NCBI GenBank assembly: GCA_021613535.1
Contig: CP075496.1
Span: 14,942,001-15,006,000, forward strand
DNA: 64,000 nucleotides
Direction: 5' to 3'
DNA from: Adineta vaga
Lineage: Eukaryota; Animalia; Rotifera
Positions 63,801 to 64,000 of the stretch are shown here, piece after piece. The position numbers and the translations under genes are program-made. The notes under the pieces were generated by a model. It was not told where the DNA came from. It searched no databases and was given only the letters and a program-made list of their open reading frames with translations. The first letter of the stretch is position 1; every line of letters begins with the position of its first letter.

Positions 63801-64000
63801 CTTGTTACAAATCAACTAACTATGCCTGCTATTATTTTTCTTTCTGCTCTTCAATAAGAAAAAGTTCGAAGTTCTTCTTTGGATACCTAAACAACATACT
63901 TGATCTATTGACATGTCCAATCAGACTAACGACAATTAGCCGTACTATCACAAAGATGATGAAACGAACAATAATAGCGATCTTGACCATTGTTACGTCA

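Noticed and set aside
1-64000. Prokaryotic origin, rRNA or tRNA genes
   Set aside because: Spliceosomal introns throughout and no operon structure; no rRNA or tRNA sequence was recognised by eye.

Overview
This is AT-rich eukaryotic genomic DNA with short (about 50-110 bp) GT-AG introns. The gene families, intron style, density of apparently foreign enzymes and (TGTGGG)-type repeats point to a bdelloid rotifer (inference). The first 13 kb is repeat and transposon territory: a TTAA-flanked foldback element, an 8x69-bp minisatellite, a 3'-truncated BovB-like RTE retrotransposon and a mariner relic. From 13 to 64 kb is a gene-dense accessory region. It holds a GMC oxidoreductase, a BAHD acyltransferase, a SOS1/SLC9C-like Na+/H+ exchanger, a GNAT, an LDLa/EGF-GPCR, a membrane-anchored RBR E3 next to a truncated E2, a Cys-less pentameric ligand-gated channel, an orphan GPCR, a membrane-anchored Kelch protein and several pseudogenes (FAD monooxygenase, BVMO, F-box/LRR). 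The most striking item is a four-exon gene at 57116-60714, which the ORF track splits into pieces. It encodes a receptor-like type II membrane protein with a cytosolic toxin-type (R-S-E) ADP-ribosyltransferase, one TM helix and an ectodomain of 14 FG-GAP repeats. A dispersed family of tiny hairpins built from telomere-like repeats also recurs every few kb. All calls come from reading the sequence; no searches were run.
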